The notes beneath the pieces were generated by a model that searched no databases, was not told where the DNA came from, and worked only from the letters and a program-made list of their open reading frames with translations. From Bacteriovoracaceae bacterium (GTDB lineage Bacteria; Bdellovibrionota; Bacteriovoracia; Bacteriovoracales; Bacteriovoracaceae): DNA of 64,000 nt. Below, piece after piece: positions 60,850 to 64,000 of the stretch. Every line of letters begins with the position of its first letter. The first letter of the stretch is position 1. The stretch covers positions 1,711,754 to 1,775,753 of the forward strand of contig JBLWTJ010000001.1 in NCBI GenBank assembly GCA_048270185.1, read 5' to 3'. The translations under genes and the position numbers were made by a program.

Positions 60850-61674
60850 CTACTTTCTTCTCTTAACGATGAACTTATCAGTTCTCTTATTAGTTCTAGT
60901 CTTGTAACCCTTAGTTGGTGTTCCCCATGGTGAAATCGGATGACGTCCACCTGAAGTTCTACCTTCACCACCACCGTGTGGGTGATCAACTGGGTTCATA
61001 GCAACACCACGTACAGTTGGTCTGAAACCAAGCTTTCTCTTACGTCCAGCTTTACCAATGTTACGTTTTTCATGATCTAGGTTACCTACCTGACCAATTG
61101 TCGCCATACAAGTAACTTCAACTTTTCTAAGCTCACCTGATGGCATTCTAAGAAGAGCAAATTTACCTTCTTTGGCCATGATCTGAACATAAGACCCTGC
61201 AGAACGTGCTAGCTGACCACCAGCTCCTGGATACATTTCTACGTTGTGTACAAGAGTACCAACTGGAATGTCTTGAAGCTTCTTAGCATTTCCTACTTTA
61301 ATATCTGCTTCTGCTGAAGCGATAACTTTATCACCTACTTTAAGACCTAGTGGAGCTAGGATATAGCTCTTTTCACCGTCGTGATAAGCGATTAGTGCAA
61401 TATTACAAGTTCTGTTTGGATCGTAAGAGATCGCTTGAACTGTAGCAGGGATATCAAGTTTATTTCTCTTGAAATCAATAATTCTGTATCTTCTCTTAAC
61501 TCCGCCACCTCTGTGTCTAACAGTGATACGACCGGCGTTATTTCTACCTGCAAAATTTTTCTTTACAGCTGTAAGGCCTTTAACTGGCTTTACACCTTTT
61601 GTTAACTCATCACTATTTACGACTTGCATCTTTCTTAGTGAAGGAGTTGTTGGTTTAAATCTTTTAATACCCAT
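60850..61674 (-). CDS. rplB: 50S ribosomal protein L2
   Basis: [18 protein letters not shown]. Confidence 0.98.
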   Translation of the reverse strand: MGIKRFKPTTPSLRKMQVVNSDELTKGVKPVKGLTAVKKNFAGRNNAGRITVRHRGGGVKRRYRIIDFKRNKLDIPATVQAISYDPNRTCNIALIAYHDGEKSYILAPLGLKVGDKVIASAEADIKVGNAKKLQDIPVGTLVHNVEMYPGAGGQLARSAGSYVQIMAKEGKFALLRMPSGELRKVEVTCMATIGQVGNLDHEKRNIGKAGRKRKLGFRPTVRGVAMNPVDHPHGGGEGRTSGGRHPISPWGTPTKGYKTRTNKRTDKFIVKRRK

Positions 61675-61693
61675 AATTTCCTCAGCTAACTAG

Positions 61694-61984
61694 TTAAACA
61701 CCTTTAAAAAATTCAATTTTTTGACCTTCCGCTAATTGAACGAAAGCTTTCTTGAATTTACTAGTCTTTTTAACACCCTTACCAGCTCTCTTAACTTTAC
61801 CAGGAGTGATGTTAGTCTTAACATTTAATACTTTCACGTCATAAAGCTTCTCAACAGCATTCTTAATCTGATGCTTATTAGCTTTAAGATCAACTACAAA
61901 ACCAAAACGGTTTTCATTGTCTGTTGCTACAGAAGTCTTTTCAGTGATAAGCGGTTTCTTTAATACATTTTCTAACGTCGCCAT
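61694..61984 (-). CDS. rplW: 50S ribosomal protein L23
   Basis: PLITEK, KKAFVQL. Confidence 0.96.
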   Translation of the reverse strand: MATLENVLKKPLITEKTSVATDNENRFGFVVDLKANKHQIKNAVEKLYDVKVLNVKTNITPGKVKRAGKGVKKTSKFKKAFVQLAEGQKIEFFKGV

Positions 61985-61986
61985 AA

Positions 61987-62604
61987 TTACACCAACTTAT
62001 TTAATAGGGTTTCTAATGCACTCTTTTCGATAACTAGGTTTTCAAATTTTACTGCTTCGTATACAGAGAAACCTTCTACGGCCATCCCTTTACCCCACTG
62101 TAAGTTCTTCACTGCTCTTAGAGCCGGTGAGTTTTTATCAGCAGTTACTACTAAAGCAGGAAGTAAACCCTTACCATTTAATAGAGTGTACATTTCTTTA
62201 GTTTTTCCAGTTGATTCAATTGTATCTACTACTGTTAACTTTCCTGCTTGGAGTTTATCAGCTAATACAGATTGAATTGCAACCTTTGCCATTTTCTTGT
62301 TAACTTTTTGAACATAGCTTCTTGGGCTTGGACCGTGAACAGTTCCACCGCCTACCATAAGAGACGATCTAATTGAACCTTGTCTAGCTCTACCTGTACC
62401 TTTTTGCTTGAATGGTTTAGCACCACCACCGCTAACATCTGAACGACCTTTAACACAAGCATTACCTTGTCTTCTTCCCGCTAGAGTAGCTTTAACAACT
62501 TGGTGTACAGCCGCTACGTTAATATCTTCAGCAGTTAGACTTACGTTTGTAGTAAGCTTTCCCGCTTCTTCTAATTTTGCATTTAATACTGTTACATCAC
62601 TCAT
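61987..62604 (-). CDS. rplD: 50S ribosomal protein L4
   Basis: QKGTGRARQGS, GGGTVHGP. Confidence 0.97.
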   Translation of the reverse strand: MSDVTVLNAKLEEAGKLTTNVSLTAEDINVAAVHQVVKATLAGRRQGNACVKGRSDVSGGGAKPFKQKGTGRARQGSIRSSLMVGGGTVHGPSPRSYVQKVNKKMAKVAIQSVLADKLQAGKLTVVDTIESTGKTKEMYTLLNGKGLLPALVVTADKNSPALRAVKNLQWGKGMAVEGFSVYEAVKFENLVIEKSALETLLNKLV

Positions 62605-62625
62605 AACTATTACCTCAGTCTACTA

Positions 62626-63315
62626 TTACTTCTTAAGTGCTTTTGCAATTCTTACAAAACCGTTTTTAGAACCAGGAACTGATCCCTTAAGTAGCATGTA
62701 TCCTTTATCTTGATTAACTTCAACAACCTTGATGTTTTGAATAGTTTTTGTCTCACTACCCATGTGACCAGGCATTCTTTTGTTCTTCCAAACTTTACCA
62801 GGAGTCGCTCTGTTACCGATCGAACCACCACGTCTGTGGAATTTCGAACCGTGAGTAGCAGGTCCACCTTTAAAGTTGTGTCTCTTCATTTGACCTTGGA
62901 ACCCCTTACCTTTAGAAGTACCTGTAACATCAACATATGTAGAAGCTTCAAATGACTCAACTGAGATTTCTGCACCTAAGTTAGCAGCGTCAACACCTTC
63001 TGTTCTAACTTCTGCAAATTTTACAAAGTTATTTTCAACGTTTGCCGCTTTAAGGTGACCCTTAGTTGGTTTGTTAACTAATGTTTCTCTTTTTTCGTAG
63101 TAACCTACTTGATAAGCCTCGTAACCGTCTTTTTCTTGAGTCTTAACTTGTGTAACTTTGTTAGGGATTAACTTGATTACTGTTACTGGAACGTGATTAC
63201 CTGATTCATCAAAGATTCTTGTCATACCAGCTTTAACACCATAGATAGTGTTAAGGACTAGCGAAGATGATGATTCATTAGCAGTAGTCTCAACTGCTTG
63301 AGTTTCTTCTGTCAT
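62626..63315 (-). CDS. rplC: 50S ribosomal protein L3
   Basis: KAGMT, DGYEAYQ, SKGKGFQG, MPGHMG. Confidence 0.97.
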   Translation of the reverse strand: MTEETQAVETTANESSSSLVLNTIYGVKAGMTRIFDESGNHVPVTVIKLIPNKVTQVKTQEKDGYEAYQVGYYEKRETLVNKPTKGHLKAANVENNFVKFAEVRTEGVDAANLGAEISVESFEASTYVDVTGTSKGKGFQGQMKRHNFKGGPATHGSKFHRRGGSIGNRATPGKVWKNKRMPGHMGSETKTIQNIKVVEVNQDKGYMLLKGSVPGSKNGFVRIAKALKK

Positions 63316-63385
63316 TTTGCCTCCACAGCATCACTCTTCTCCAAGAGATGCATGCATGGTTAATATTCAAATTTTTTAGTTTATA

Positions 63386-63700
63386 CTAGTACTTGATCTC
63401 TACGTCAACACCTGCTGATAGATCTAATTTCATTAGGCTATCAACTGTCTGTTGTGTTGGATCAACAATGTCAATTAGTCTTTTGTGTGTTCTCATTTCG
63501 AACTGCTCACGAGATTTTTTATCTTTGTGAGGTGATCTAAGAACTGTAAACTTGTTAATTTCTGTTGGTAATGGGATTGGACCCGCTACTCTAGCGCCTG
63601 TTTCTTTAGCAGTCTGTACGATTTCATCGACTGAGCTGTCTAGAAGCTTGTGATCATATGCGCGTAATTTAATTCTTAACTTAGAAGCTTTCATACTCAT
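63386..63700 (-). CDS. rpsJ: 30S ribosomal protein S10
   Basis: [25 protein letters not shown]. Confidence 0.98.
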   Translation of the reverse strand: MSMKASKLRIKLRAYDHKLLDSSVDEIVQTAKETGARVAGPIPLPTEINKFTVLRSPHKDKKSREQFEMRTHKRLIDIVDPTQQTVDSLMKLDLSAGVDVEIKY

Positions 63701-63814
63701 CCTATATCAATTTAAAAGTTGAATTTGACTTTTACTGTTTTATTGGGCCTGTTGTCAAATTATTTTTACGCTAGGCCGTATATTTTTTACGTCTAAACAT
63801 CTAATGTTGTGCAC

Positions 63815-63842
63815 AAAAAAGGGTGGCTTCAACGGCCACCCT
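63815..63842 (-). terminator. Terminator after tuf
   Basis: AGGGTGGC-N7-GCCACCCT plus U tract. Confidence 0.8.
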
Positions 63843-63861
63843 CAATTTATTGAAAAATCTA

Positions 63862-64000
63862 TTAGTCTAGAATTTCAGATACTGTACCAGCACCGATAGT
63901 TCTACCACCCTCACGGATTGCGAACTTAAGACCTTTTTCCATCGCGATTGGAGTAATTAGCTCTACTGCGAAAGAAGTATTGTCTCCTGGCATTACCATC
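63862..64000 (-). CDS. tuf: Elongation factor Tu, 3' end only
   Basis: [45 protein letters not shown]. Confidence 0.97.
   Translation of the reverse strand, partial: MVMPGDNTSFAVELITPIAMEKGLKFAIREGGRTIGAGTVSEILD

Noticed and set aside
49167..62955. Many short antisense or alternate-frame ORFs over tlpA and ribosomal genes (also over dnaK, scpA, pccB)
   Set aside because: Shadows of conserved genes caused by codon bias; no independent evidence

Overview
AT-rich bacterial chromosome, most likely a predatory Bdellovibrionota of the Bacteriovoracaceae/Halobacteriovorax type. This is inferred from RomR, the TadC-DUF192-FHA cluster and sigma28-type promoters, not from a database search. Bases 1-~7816 are the tRNA-proximal part of an element integrated at the 3' end of tRNA-Pro(TGG); the other boundary lies outside the window. 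The element has a tyrosine integrase, two excisionase-type HTH genes (one missed by the ORF track), a Rep_trans-like initiator and a lone small-terminase-like gene, which suggests a phage satellite. Its defence-like cargo is an EVE/PUA-PD-(D/E)XK nuclease with a divergent XRE regulator and an AAA/ABC ATPase. Upstream of the ATPase is an unannotated sigma28-promoter / 38-aa acidic peptide / terminator unit. The rest is core genome: rdgB-rph-birA; a long minus-strand run amn-mreB-PilZ-dppBC-nagZ-tadC-DUF192-3xFHA-PP2C-romR; an unannotated bS22/mS38-like basic peptide; an LpoA-like lipoprotein; hemW-grpE-dnaK-dnaJ; an M16 peptidase; methylmalonyl-CoA mutase/MeaB; hflKC; acyl-CoA carboxylase genes; a sigma54 activator with a sigma28-like promoter; and the S10-spc-alpha ribosomal cluster up to the 3' end of tuf. 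All family assignments come from motif recognition by eye and need HMM or structure confirmation.
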